A stretch of 63,244 bases of DNA, filler included, from Chiloscyllium plagiosum (taxonomy: Eukaryota), in the NCBI RefSeq assembly GCF_004010195.1. It is 4 parts of one record of this genome, joined end to end, with 100 filler letters (N's around TTAATTAATTAA, not from the genome) between each part and the next. Parts side by side here need not be neighbours in the genome. Positions count along the whole stretch, not along the records: positions 1 to 22,671 come from NC_057716.1; positions 22,772 to 49,597 come from NC_057716.1; 2 more parts are not named here. The stretch is one strand, 5' to 3'. The translations under genes were made by a program, and so were the position numbers. Positions 13,160 to 24,990 of this stretch are shown piece by piece (within the stretch, counting starts at the first letter, position 1; the number at the start of each line of letters is the position of its first letter). The notes beneath the pieces are model-generated. The model did no database searches. It was not told the DNA's origin and saw only the letters and a program-made list of their open reading frames with translations.

Positions 13160-13550
13160 TTACACTTTTCTTTAAACTGCTTGTTTTCAAATCCTTCAAT
13201 TCACTCACCTGTACAAATTTGTGCAACATCGTCCAAGCTTACAAACCTCTGAGATATCTGTATTTTTCCAGATTCCAGATTCTTTCACACCCTTGATTTT
13301 ATTTGATCTACCATTGCTGACTATAGTTTCAAGCAGCCAGACTCTTAGCTGTGAAATTTCCTCACAAAACCTCGGTATGACTTTATTTTTCTTGCTTTCT
13401 TCAACTCAGATCCATGGTTATCATCTTTTTCTTGATCATGCTTTGGTTTGTCAATCCCAAAATCACTTTCTGTAGCTCAGTGTCAAATTTGTTTGTTTGA
13501 TATAACTTCCATGAGGCACCTTTTGAAGTTAGACCAACTGTAACAGAAGT
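13160..13550 (+). mobile_element. L2-type LINE 3' fragment, old
   Basis: ctcagtgtcaaatttgtttgtttgatataacttccatgaggcacctt resembles an L2-type 3' UTR. Confidence 0.45.
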
Positions 13551-13554
13551 TGTC

Positions 13555-14630
13555 ATTATGAGAGCATTGGAGCAGAAGTAGACCATTCAACCCATCAGGT
13601 TTACTCTGCCATTTAATGGATGATCTGATAATCCTCAATTCTATTTCCTGGTTTTTCCCCATAACCCTTGAGTCCCTTACTGATTAAAAATCTGTGTATC
13701 TCAATCTAAAACATAGCTAACTACAAAGCCTCCATAGCCTTCTGTGGTGAGGAATTCCATAGGTTCACTACCCTCTGAAAGAAGAAATTTCTCATCTTTT
13801 CCCTCAAGGGAAAACAATTTCTCTGCATCAATCCTTTCAAATCCCTTAAGAATCTTGCATGTTACAATAAGGTCACTTTCCATTCATGAGAAAATTCCCC
13901 CATATCTGGTTTTAGCGAGTGAATCTTCTCTATACTGCCTCCAATGTCAGGACATCTTTCCTTAGATTTGGAAACAAAAGCTGTTCACAGTTTTCCAGGT
14001 GTGGATTAGTGATGCAGGAAGAGCACAGCAGTTCAGGCAGCATCCCAGAAGCTTCAAAATCGACGTTTCGGGCAATTATTCCTGATGAAGGGCTTTTGCC
14101 CAAAACGTCGATTTCGAAGATCCTGGGATACTGCCTGAACTGTTGTGCTCTTCCAGCACCACTAATCCAGAATCTGGTTTCCAGCATCTGCAGTCATTGT
14201 TTTTACCTCGTTGATTTTTCCAGGTGTGGTCTGACCAGTGCCTTGTATCATTTTAGCAAAGCCTCCCTACTCCATTTCCTTAGAAATAAAGGCTAAAATG
14301 TCTCATTACCCTTTGAACTTGCACGCTAGCTTTTTGTGATTCATGTGTAAGGGCCTCTCAAATCCATCTGTGCCGCAGCTTTCTGCTGTCACTCTCCATT
14401 TAACATTCAAAATCTGTATTATTTCTGTAAAAATGCATAACCTTCATGTTTCCTCAAATTGTATTTCATTTGCTGAATTTTTGCCTGCTTACTTAACCTC
14501 CCTATATCCATCAGCGGACTCTTTGTGTCATCCTCACCAATAGCCTTTTCCCCTATTTTTGTTTCATCTGTAAATGTGGTTATGGTACATACAAATCATT
14601 ATTCAACTTAATATCTATTGTAAATGACTG
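13555..14630 (-). mobile_element. CR1 3' part, interrupted by a Penelope palindrome
   Basis: ORF 13701-13883 SDLIVTCKILKGFERIDAEKLF; the RT continues past 14230. Confidence 0.8.
14005..14215. mobile_element. Palindromic Penelope pLTR insert (211 bp) with a 14-bp TSD and hammerhead motif
   Basis: Inverted arms ~14003-14075 and ~14096-14169; CTGATGA at 14082; ttttccaggtgtgg duplicated at 13991-14004 and 14216-14229. Confidence 0.85.
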
Positions 14631-16506
14631 TGATGCTGCACTTCCTCCAATCATCAAGCAGCTTTGACCAGTGATATTGTGCGATTTAATAAAATGTTTT
14701 GTGAACTTAGGCTGTTGCTATAATGGTCCTGTGCATTATTTTTAATAAAGCATTAAGCATATACAATTTTTGTTTCAGTAACTAGTTTGGTATTAATAAT
14801 TCATCTGTCACTTATTCCCTGAAATGGAGCCTTTATAATAAACAAGATCTTTTCTCCATTAAAGATCAATATACCAAAGACTTATTAGCTCAGCCTTAAG
14901 ATTGTTGCTCTTTGAAAGAAATCTTCATTTTCTTAGACTTAAATAAAATACCCAGGGAACTCAATCAAATTCAAAATAATTTGGTATTTTAAAAATGAAT
15001 TTGTGACAAATTCACTAACAGGCATTTTAATGAACTAAGCTGCAACGTACATTATCAAAGGGAGATTGTGATTTTATTATGCATTGCTTGTCTCATAACA
15101 CTTCAAAGAATCAAGTACTGTATTCTACATAGAGGAAAGTCTCAGGGTTTTGCAATTCATTTGCTTTTGTATTCTTCATTAGATAACCATTGTACCAAAG
15201 TACAAATCAGCATCCTCCGTTATATCATTCCTTTAACTCTAATAATTTTGAAACTAAAAACCTAATTCCTGATAAGCTGTGTTATCTTCCCAGCCATTAG
15301 CACTAGAGTTCTACATTGACAGAATAATGTACAAATTGCGGTTAATATTAAGTTTTTCATTAAAAATGAAGAGCTAATTTATATAATGAGCCCTGATGTA
15401 CAAGAACAACAAGGAAAGATAATTAAACTCAATTTAGAAAAGATAGCTCTGTATGCAAAGGAAATAATTGCCCGTACAATTTTCTATTAACACTGCTTTC
15501 AAAGCACAGAAATTACTCTAAAAATAACATACTTCTGGAAATATACAACAAAAGGTCATTTCAATTGTAGTAGGTTTCTGTGCTGCAAGTGTTAGAAATG
15601 AAGAAAGAGTAAACTTCTTTAATAATTACTTGGTAATGCCAATGTGTAACTTAGATGAATAAATTACCACAGGCTCATGTACTTCAGGTAAAAGGCTAAC
15701 CTTAGTTTTTCTAAGAAATTAAAAAACATAAGATTCAAAAGCATAATATATAATCTCTCCAATCACATCAAAACTGCAGATTTAATTTAAGAAGAGACTA
15801 TACTTGCTCTATTTCTTTGAGTAAATATTTGAAAAATATAGAACAATTTTGATTTTAGGGGAAGAATTAGCCCTCAGAGAAAATACATAAGCTGCGCACT
15901 TGTAAAAAGAGGTCACCTTCCAGAGAGAACACGATTGCTATAAAGATGTGGATGTACTGTACTTATGAGAGAGTTAAAAGTAAGCAGAACTACCTGACAC
16001 AGCACCAAGTGTTCTGACCAAGATATGATGTAACATTTGGACTTGGACGAACAACTCGATTAGCTGGTTGCCTGGAGATGAAAAAACAAATTTGAATTCG
16101 GCCAATCAGTTTAAATTATACTCCAATCAGATTTAGTATATTGTCAATCTTAAAAGCCAATGACATAATCCGATGCTTTGGGCGTATAAAACTGGGAAAT
16201 TTAAACAGTTGGGAGGAGGACTGCCAAGCCACCAGTATCTGCAGACTGCCCAGAGAATAGCTCTCTGAAAGGTACCTTCATTGATCAGTAACCTGTGAAC
16301 CAGAAATTGCTAAGAAGAAGAAAAGAAGACTGAGGAAGAGAATATTCGACACATGGCTAGTTTTGAAAACTTAAATTTTTGGTAAATCTTATTCGGGGGA
16401 TTTTATTGGACTAGTATTGTAGAAGGGGAAGGAGTTGTAAATAGTTGTCAGCTAATTATTCTCTGTTATACCTTAAGAAATAACGTTGTTCATTTTTACC
16501 TTAAAT

Positions 16507-16730
16507 AGTTAAAAATCACACAACATCAGGTTATAGTCCAACAGTATTTTTTGGAAGCACTAGCTTTCGGAGTGCTGCTCCGTCATCAGGTGGTTCTCCA
16601 CAACCACCTGATGAAGGAGCAGTGCTCCAGACACTAGTGCTTCCAAATAAACCTGTTGTACTATAACCTGGCGTTGTGTGATTTTTAACTTTGTCCATCC
16701 CAGTCCAACAATGGCGTCTCCAAATCATGA
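16507..16730. mobile_element. Palindromic Penelope-type insert (two 89-bp arms), hammerhead motif in each arm
   Basis: Arms 16507-16595 and 16602-16690. Minus strand reads cac-CTGATGA-cggagcagcactcc-GAAA-GC-TA-gtg; the plus arm has CTGATGA at 16608 but a mutated GAAA. Confidence 0.85.
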
Positions 16731-16736
16731 CTTTAA

Positions 16737-17272
16737 ATTCTGGTCTCCTTCCTATCAGAACGCTGTTGCAAAACTTGAAAGGGTTCAGAAAAGATTTATA
16801 AGGATGTTGCCAGGGTTGGAGGATTTAAGCTATAGGGAGAGGCTGAACAGGCTGGCGATGTTTTCCCTGGAGCATTGGAGGCTGATGGGTGACCTTACAG
16901 AGGTTTATAAAATTATGAGAAGCATGGATAGGATAAAAAGACAAAGTATTTTCCATGAGGTGGGGGAGTCTAGAACTAAAGGGCATAGGTTTAGGGTGAG
17001 AAGAGAAAGATATAAAAGAGACCTACAGGGCAACTTTTTCACACAGAGGGTGGTATGTGTATGGAATGAGCTGCCAGAGGATGTCGTGGAGGCTGGTATA
17101 ATTGCAACATTTAAAAGGCACCTGGATTGGTATATGAATAGAAAAGGTGAAGAGAGATATGGGCTGGGTGCTGGCAGGTGGGACTAGATTGGGTTGGGAT
17201 ATCTGGTCGGCATGGACGGGTTGGACTGAAGGGTCTGTTTCTGTGCTGTACATCTCTATGACTCTATAACTC
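16737..17272 (+). mobile_element. CR1/HER1 3' end
   Basis: ORF 16678-17187 FWSPSY...KLERVQKRFIRMLPGL; ctctatgactctat tail. Confidence 0.92.
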
Positions 17273-17673
17273 TAAATAGTTTTTGACCTCTCAAATTTTA
17301 CAGATTACCACATGGGATAAATCTTTTCTGTGTTGTTGGTTTAAATTAAGCAGGAGGGTTTACCCCACGTCATAACATTATGAACAGACACACTTTGTGT
17401 GCTCAACAATTATCATCAACTTTGCAGAGGAGAGTCTTCGAGCTTGCAAATTGGAGCATTGTAAGTGTCAATTTAGTGCAATTTATCAGCTCTAAAGCCC
17501 AGGTCAAGGGCTGAGGGTCATCACTGGAATATTTCCTCATACAACAATCCTTACTTATCGTTTATATCCACAGCCCCTTTGGCAAAAGCCCAGCTACCTC
17601 TACCAGCTTCCTCTCCCAGAGTGGCAATCAGTTTTGGGGTGGGAGGATTAAATTGGTGCATTAGTGGAATAGT

Positions 17674-19435
17674 CTAGGTGAAATTGAAGTCAGGGTGGAA
17701 GGTGTTCATGAAGTTAATGAAATGTTCAACCTCCTTGTGGGAGCACAAAGTGGTGCCGATACAGTCATCAATGTAACAGAGGAAATGGCGGGGAATGGTG
17801 CTGGTATAGCTGCGGATGATGGACTGTTCCACATACCCGGCAAAGATGCGGGCATAGCTAAGGCCCATGTGAGTGTCCATGGCTACCCCTTTGGTCTGGA
17901 GGAAGTGAGAGGATTTGAAGAAGAAATTGTTGCGGGTGGGGAACAATTCAGCCAATCGAAAGAGTGTGTCGGTGGAAGGGTACTTGTTGGGTTGGCAGGA
18001 GAGGAAGAAATGGAGAGCTTGGATGCCTTTGTCATGATGGATGGATGTGTATAGGGACTGGATGACCATGGTGAAGATGAGGCATTGTGGGCCGGGGAGC
18101 CGAAAGTCATGGAGAAGGTGGCGGATGTGGGTAGTATCTTGAATGTATGTGGGGAGATCTGGACCAAAAGGAATAGGGTAGTATCAAGGTATGCGGAGAT
18201 AAATTTGTTGGGGATCAGTTGACCGGGGATGTCAGGTTTTTGAATTTTAGGTAGGAGGTAAGAAGTAGAACCAGGCGGAGCGGGGTTCCCAGATTGTGAG
18301 GTTCGAGGCTGTTAGTGGGCAATCCCTTGAGGTGATGAGGTTGTGGATAGTCTGGGAGATGATAGTTTGGTGATGGTCGCTACATTGATGACTATATCTG
18401 TGCCATCTCGTATTCCGATGAGGAGGCTGAACAGTTCATCAACTTCATGAACACCTTCCATTCTGACCTTCAAGTTCACCTGGACCATCAAAGATACCTC
18501 CCTTCCCTTCCTGGACCTCTCTATCTCCATTTTCAGTGAACAACTCAACGTGGACATCCTACTTCAAACCTACCGACTCCCATTGTTACCTGGACTACAC
18601 ATCCTCCCACCTTACTTCCAGTAAAAACATTATCTCTTACTCCCAATTCCTCTGCCTCCGCCACACCAGCTCCCAGGCGGACAAATTCTACAGTAGAACA
18701 TCCCATATGGCCCCCTTCTTCAAGGACCACAATTTCCTCTCCTATGTGGTCAACGATGTCCTTCACATCTCCTCCACTTCCCACACCTTTGCCCTTGAAC
18801 CCCACCCCTCCAATCACAACAATGACAAAACTACCCCAGTCCACACCTTCCACCCCACCAACCTCCGAATACAATATAGCATCCTCTGCTATTTCCGCAC
18901 CTACAAAAAGACCCCACCATCAGAAATATATTTCCCTCTCCAGCCCTATTTGTCTTCCACAGAGACTACTCCCTTCATGATTCGCTTGTTAGGTCCATTT
19001 CCTCCACCAACCACTCTCCATTCCCAGCACCTTTCCTTGCCACCACAGGAAGTGTAAACTCTGTGCCCACATCTCCCCTCCCCCAACCTCATCCCAGATC
19101 CAATCCTCCAATTCGGCACAGCCCTCTTGAACTGTTCTACCTGTCCATCTTCTTTCCCACCTCTCTGCTCCACCCTCCGCTCTGACTGATCACCATCACC
19201 CCCCACCTCCATCAACGTATCACATTTCCAGCTACCTTCACCCCAACCCCAACCCACCCTCCCATTTATCTCTCAGCCCCCTATGGCCTCCCCCACATTC
19301 CTGATGAAGATCCTATGCTTGAAACGTTGACTCTCCTGCTCCTTGGATGCTGCCGGTCTGACTGTGCTTTTCTAGCACCACACTTTTGGACTCTGATTTC
19401 CAGCATTTACAGTCCTCACTTCCCCCTTGCAGATC
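17674..19435. mobile_element. Penelope-like element with inverted 5' part (RT on - strand 17674-~18375; RT C-terminus/3' part on + strand ~18378-19435)
   Basis: Minus: FLQTKGVAM..MG.SYA...YIDDCIG. Plus: RYIDD..., YFKPTDSHCYLDYTSSH...YSQFLCLR. The pLTR has CTGATGA at 19301 and GAAA at 19321. Confidence 0.85.
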
Positions 19436-19650
19436 TTACAAACTGGTGGATATATATGCATGTACCTCTCACTTAACCTCGTCTCTAGCAATGAAAGGCA
19501 AACAACTGAGACTGGATAGCATGAGGAGATAAGATTACTTTTCTTTAAGGTTACAAAAATCATGAATTTAATGTCATTCATTCTAATTAACTACTTTTTC
19601 AAAACTGTCAAATCAATAATAGTTCTTTGCCTGTGACAATGGTGCTGTTC

Positions 19651-22600
19651 TTTTTTTATAGATATTTTTATTAGAAATTTAACATTTTTACAAGTTAACA
19701 AAAATAAACAAAACTCTCAAATATAAACATTGATATACAATTAAATCAAATATACAATAGCCAAAATTTAACAAGAGAAAAGACAAAAAAAACCGAAAAA
19801 GAAAACAAAACAAAACTCAACTATCTACTAATCTAACCCACAACTAACCAGAGTGTATATTTAAGTCTCTTACATGCTCGGAATGTATTAACATCAGATG
19901 TAATAAAACCCGTATTCGTGCGGGATTCCTCTCCTAAGGGGCCCCGGACCAGCCAGGTTTGTAATCTCAATTAAATAAAAGCCCTTGTTAGGATAGCCGA
20001 AATATCTGTACTTATGTAATTCAAGAAGGGCTGCCATATTTTATAAAATAATTAGGTCTTTCGGTGTACCATATTTGTAAGGAAGTCAAGGGGAATACAT
20101 TCCATAATTAATCTGTGCCAATTTGAAAGTCCAGGGGGGCCCTCAGCCACCCAGTTCACAAAATATTTTTCCTTGCACAGAAAGAAAGAATAGAAAATAG
20201 TCTCTTCCCGTACATGTCCAGGGAGGGAAAGTTCGAAAAGCCCAAAAGGACAGATACAGGGTCCACTTTAATTTCCGTTCCTAAAATTTCTGTCAGGGTA
20301 CTTGCTACTTTAGTCCAATATCTACGGATCTTATGACAGGTCCATAAGCAATGTACAAGAGTGCCCACCTCTATTTTGCATTTAGGACACATTGGAGGTG
20401 CTCCTGCCTTAAATTTTGCCAATCGGACCGGTGCTATATGGGCCCTATGAAGTATCTTCAGCTGGATAGCCTGGGTTCTGTTACAGATAGTAATTCTTCT
20501 AGCATTTTCCCAAATATCATTCCACTTTTCTATAGAGATTTCTAGTCCCAAATCTTGATCCCATGTTTTAAGCAGATTATCCATATCTCCCGATACTTCA
20601 TCATGTAGTAAATGATAAATAGTACTGACTGAAGATACCCCCACTGGTCGTAGGACACTACATTCTCTATCTGATTTATAAAGACTATCTAATAACATAG
20701 TTTTCTTCTGTATATAATCTCGAATTTGGAAGTATCGAAAGAGGTCTCCATTAGGTAATCCGAATTTCTGACGCAGCTGTTCAAAAGACATCAGGACCCC
20801 ATCTTTAAATAGATCCCCTAAACATGAGATACCCCTGGATCTCCAGAGTTTAAAAGTGGCATCTGTAAACCCCGGTTGGACTCCCCATGCTCCCACTATC
20901 AGTGCGTAGGGAGATGTTTTATGTGAGTTGCCCTCATTTTGCCGCATTATATTCCAAGCCTTAATTGTATTTAGTATTATAGGGTTTTTAAAGTGATCTG
21001 TAATGATTTTCCTCTTGTCTGAGAATAAAAGGTTAATAAGTGGGTATTTTACTAGAGAGGCCTCGATGTTCAACCAGATTGATTGTGGATCAGACAAAAC
21101 CCAATCAGCTATGTAACTTAATAGGGAACTTAACTGATATTTCCTAAAGTCTGGGAAGTCCAATCCTCCCCTTGCCTGTGGAAGCTGTAGCTTCTTCAGT
21201 TAAATGAGGGGCCGCCTATGATTCCAAATAAAGGAACCCAGCCATCCATATAGTTTACATAAAGCCGTCCTCGGCAGCATCACCGGAAGCATTCTCATAG
21301 GATATAGGAGACGGGGCAGGACATTCATTTTGATAAGTGCTATTCTACCCAACCAGGAAATTGGAAGGTCTCCCCATCGCTGGAGGTCCTGCCTTATCCT
21401 TTCCAGTAAATGCGCAAAATTAGCCTTATACAACTGACCAAATACTGGAGTAATAAAAATGCCTAAATATAAGAAGCCCTCCAGGGACCAACGAAAGGGA
21501 AAAAGGGATCCGTCCACTAAGTGGGGTGTCATAGCAAGGCCACCCATTGGCATAGCCTCCGATTTTGGAAAATTAATTTTATAGCCTGAGAATGCGCTAA
21601 ATGTATTAATGACTTGGATAAGGCGAGGTAGGGACATCAGAGGATTACTGAGGAATAGAAGAACATCATCTGCATAAAGGGTAATTTTATGTTTACCTGT
21701 ACCAATCCTCGGGGCCGTTATATTAGGATCAGCTCGTATAGCCTCTGCTAATGGTTCAATTATTAGTGTAAATAACAATGGCGAGAGGGGACATCCCTGA
21801 CGGCAGCCCCTACCCACACTGAAGCTATCTGAACCTAATCCATTGGTAACCACAACTACTTTGGGATCACGATACAATGTTGAGACCCATTTGGTAAACA
21901 CCTGTCCAATGCCAAACCTTTCCAATGTGTAAAACAAATATGACCATTCGACCCTATCAAATGCCTTTTCCGCGTCAAATGAAACTACTACTCCTGGTAT
22001 CTTTCCCTGATGACAAGCTTGAATCATATTCAAAAGCCTTCTAATATTATTGGATGATCTACGGCCCTTAATAAACCCCGTCTGATCCTCCTTTATAATA
22101 TGTGGCAGTGCCCTTTCTAGTCTCAGTGCTAACATTTTAGAAAGGATTTTAAAATCTACATTTAGCAAGGATATTGGTCTATATGATGTACAATCTTCTG
22201 GATCCTTTCCTTTTTTAAGGATAAGAGAGATATTTGCCTCTTTCAGCGAAGGTGGGAGTCAGCCCTGACTATATGCATAGTTATACATGTCCATAAGTGG
22301 ACCAGCCAATATTTCTGTAAATTCTTTATAGAATTCAGCTTGAAAACCATCTGGGCCCGGTGCCTTACCACTCTGAAATTGCCTAATTGCATCAAGTATT
22401 TCTTGGACTGTTAGAGGAGCATTTAGGACCGATACCTGTTCTGGAGTTAGGCCTGGAAAGGTCAAACTTTTAAAAAATGACTGCATCCTCCTCGTCCTAT
22501 CTTCACAATCCTGCGATTTATATAACTCAGAATAAAATTCTCTAAAGATCGCATTAATCTTTTTATGATCATGAGTCAAAATGCCCGTACTCTCCTTGAT

Positions 22601-22671
22601 TGACATAATCGTCTGAGGGGCCTTTTTTTTCTTTGCAAGAAATGCTAAGTATCTACCCGGTTTGTCACCAT
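19651..22671 (-). mobile_element. L1-clade LINE: ORF2 (RT and C-terminal zinc-binding domain), 3' UTR and poly(A); cut by an assembly gap
   Basis: ORFs 22259-22606, 21200-22168 and 20156-21163 are in one frame separated by single stops. Motifs KAPGPDGF, DAEKAFDRVEW, GCRQGCPLSPLLF, LYADD, CPKC..GTLVHCLWTC. Confidence 0.93.
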
Positions 22672-22771
22672 NNNNNNNNNNNNNNNNNNNNNNNNNNNNN
22701 NNNNNNNNNNNNNNNTTAATTAATTAANNNNNNNNNNNNNNNNNNNNNNNNNNNNNNNNNNNNNNNNNNNN
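22672..22771. other. Scaffold gap with artificial TTAATTAATTAA spacer
   Basis: 100-bp N block with a central six-frame-stop linker; the same block occurs at 49598-49697 and 60427-60526. Confidence 0.95.
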
Positions 22772-22945
22772 CCTCTAGCTTATCTCTCCATCCTTCAGGC
22801 TCTCTGCCTGTATTCCTGATGAAGGGCTTTTGCCCGAAACATTGATTTTACTGCTCTTCGGATGCTGCCTGACCTGCTGTGCATTTCCAGCACCACTCTA
22901 ATCTCGACTTTGGTTTCCAGCATCTGCAGTCATTGTTTTTACCTA
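22772..22945 (+). mobile_element. Penelope pLTR with hammerhead motif
   Basis: CTGATGA 22816, gggc/gccc stem, GAAA 22836; stem III shows CpG decay (cattg). Confidence 0.8.
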
Positions 22946-23070
22946 TGTGGATCCTGTACATTCAGCCATCAGAGTGACACTGTCTCCACCACCTAATATG
23001 TTATACAAGCAATTTTTCTCAAGAACAGCAAGCAACTCAGCTTACGATGAATACGCCATCACTTGACTCG

Positions 23071-23280
23071 AACTGCCAGAGGAAGTGGTGGAGGCTGGTA
23101 CAATTGCTGGTACATTTAAAAGGCATTTGGATGGTTAAATGAATAGGAAGGATTTGGAGGGATATGGGCCGGATGCTGGCAGGTGGGACTAGATTGGGTT
23201 GGGATAACTGGTCAGCATGGATGGGTTGGCACGAGTGGCCTGTTTCCGTGCTGTACATCTCTATGATACTATAACTCCAT
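23071..23280 (+). mobile_element. CR1/HER1 3' end
   Basis: aactgccagaggaagtggtggaggctgg...gctgtacatctctatga. Confidence 0.88.
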
Positions 23281-24148
23281 CTTGTCACTCGGTGCTCACT
23301 TCACAGAGACTTCATGTTTCCTTTATCCTTATCATCTTTCCAATAGACAATTTCCACCCATCTATCAAAGTGAAAGAGTGAGTATTTGACACAAGGCCAA
23401 GAATCTCTTTCAACAATGTAACCGTATACAAAGTACCATACACCTACTACTAATCTCCTCAGTCATTTTAGCCACGGCTGCTTCATTTCAGAAGCTGTTT
23501 TTTTTTCATTCCATCTGTCACAAATCATGTTTCTCCATAGGTTTGTAAAGACCACTATTATAAAAATGTTCCATATTTGTTAACCAACCATTGCGGCATT
23601 TAGCTGGAGTAGAATTTGCCGTTATTATGCTAGTCCTCCTGAACACAAAATTGAATTCAACCATTTCAGACCAGAAAGGCTGTCCCCCATTTTCAATCTA
23701 ATTTTCTACCGATCTAAATCTTATTTCTCATGTTTTTCATCTCACTTGAGGCAAATCCATATCCAGCAATCTACTTTGAAAACTCTGATCACATTTTGTC
23801 AACTGTAACAGAAGCTTAAACAATCCACATCATAATAAAGCAATCAAAATAAAACAACTCAACACAGTTATAGAATAATATATTTCCCTATCTCACAATG
23901 TTGACTAACCCTTTTAAAAATCCTTAAAACAAAATCTAGATCCAGATCTTAGGCAAAATCAAATTAGGGTTATGTACTAAATTTAATTGATATCTGTTCA
24001 TTAAATGTCAAGAATATTGTTTACAAACAGGCTAAGAAACAGATAAGAATATTACATCTGCCGACCTTTAATGGTTGAGATAAAGAACATGTTGTTAAAA
24101 GAGTATTTATGTTAACATTATGATATATATATATATACATAAAATATC

Positions 24149-24990
24149 CAGAGGAACCTCGATTATCCGAATGTCAATTATCTGAATAACTGATTATCCA
24201 AAGGGAATCTCAAGGTCCCGATAGAAATATTACAACAAAGAGCTGTTTCTGATCGCGTCTTTTGTTTACAGGTACAATGATTAAAAACAAACTAGGCTCA
24301 CTGAATTACTGCCGAGATCAGTCCTAGAAAGTCCAGGCACCGTCTCCAAATGACTGATCTCCCGCCCTCTCTCTCTCTCCCCCCCACACACCTTCCCTGG
24401 AGTTCTGATTAGATTAGGTTAGATTCCCTAGTGTGGAAACAGGTCTTTTGGCCCAACAAGTCCACAGGGACCCTCTAAAGAGTAACCCATCCAGACCCAT
24501 TTCCCTCTGACTAATGCACCTAACACTACGGGCAATTTTAGCATGGCCAACTCATCTTTGGACTGTGGGAGGAAGCCAGAGCACCTGGAGGAAATCCATT
24601 TAGACACGGGGAGAATGTGCAAACTCCAAACAGTCACCCGAGGCTGGAATCAAAACCAGGTGCCTGGCGCTGTGAGGCAGCACTGCTAACCACTGAGCCA
24701 CTGTGCCAGGTTCTACCCAGGGGTGAACCCTAAACCCCCCTTCCCCAGAAAATCTCTCCAACAATGTCCTGTACAGGGCAAAGGTGGAACCTGTCAAATA
24801 GTCGCAGTAAAAAGTTTTTTGTGTGTGTGTGTGCGCGTGTGCATGTGCGCACTATTTGGAGACTTACCCCACAAAGGCAACAGCAGTCTTACTGTTTATG
24901 TACAGTCCAGCTGCCCCAGGGACAGANNGGGGTTTGGGGCGGCAGGGTTAGGGGGTTGGTCAGGGGGCAGGGACTCAAACTAATAGGAAG
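24149..24990. mobile_element. Possible Tc1/pogo-type non-autonomous DNA transposon fragment
   Basis: cagaggaacctcgattatccgaa with repeated attatccgaa-like subterminal motifs next to a TA run. No partner TIR found; right boundary uncertain. Confidence 0.35.
24407..24707 (-). mobile_element. HE1-type V-SINE, near full length
   Basis: tRNA head ggcacagTGGCTCAGTGGttagc...GGTTTTGATTCC, V-domain, (tctaa)n tail; gttct flanks both sides. Confidence 0.88.

Larger units (their letters stand above)
15936..17377 (+). repeat. Solo LTR related to the Gypsy LTRs above, carrying nested Penelope and CR1 inserts
   Basis: Starts tgctataaagatgtggatgtactgtac and ends gtcataaca; shares ccaatcagtttaaattat and aatccgatg motifs with 4079-4754. 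Confidence 0.75.

Noticed and set aside
22672..22771. Palindrome TTAATTAATTAA inside N runs (also 49598-49697 and 60427-60526)
   Set aside because: Artificial scaffolding spacer with stops in all six frames; not biological.
22600..22945. L1 followed by a Penelope pLTR at two loci (also 60400-60738), suggesting a composite element
   Set aside because: Both junctions are scaffold gaps; contigs commonly break in abundant repeats.
24640..24707. tRNA gene
   Set aside because: It is the tRNA-derived head of an HE1 SINE, continuous with the V-domain and tail.
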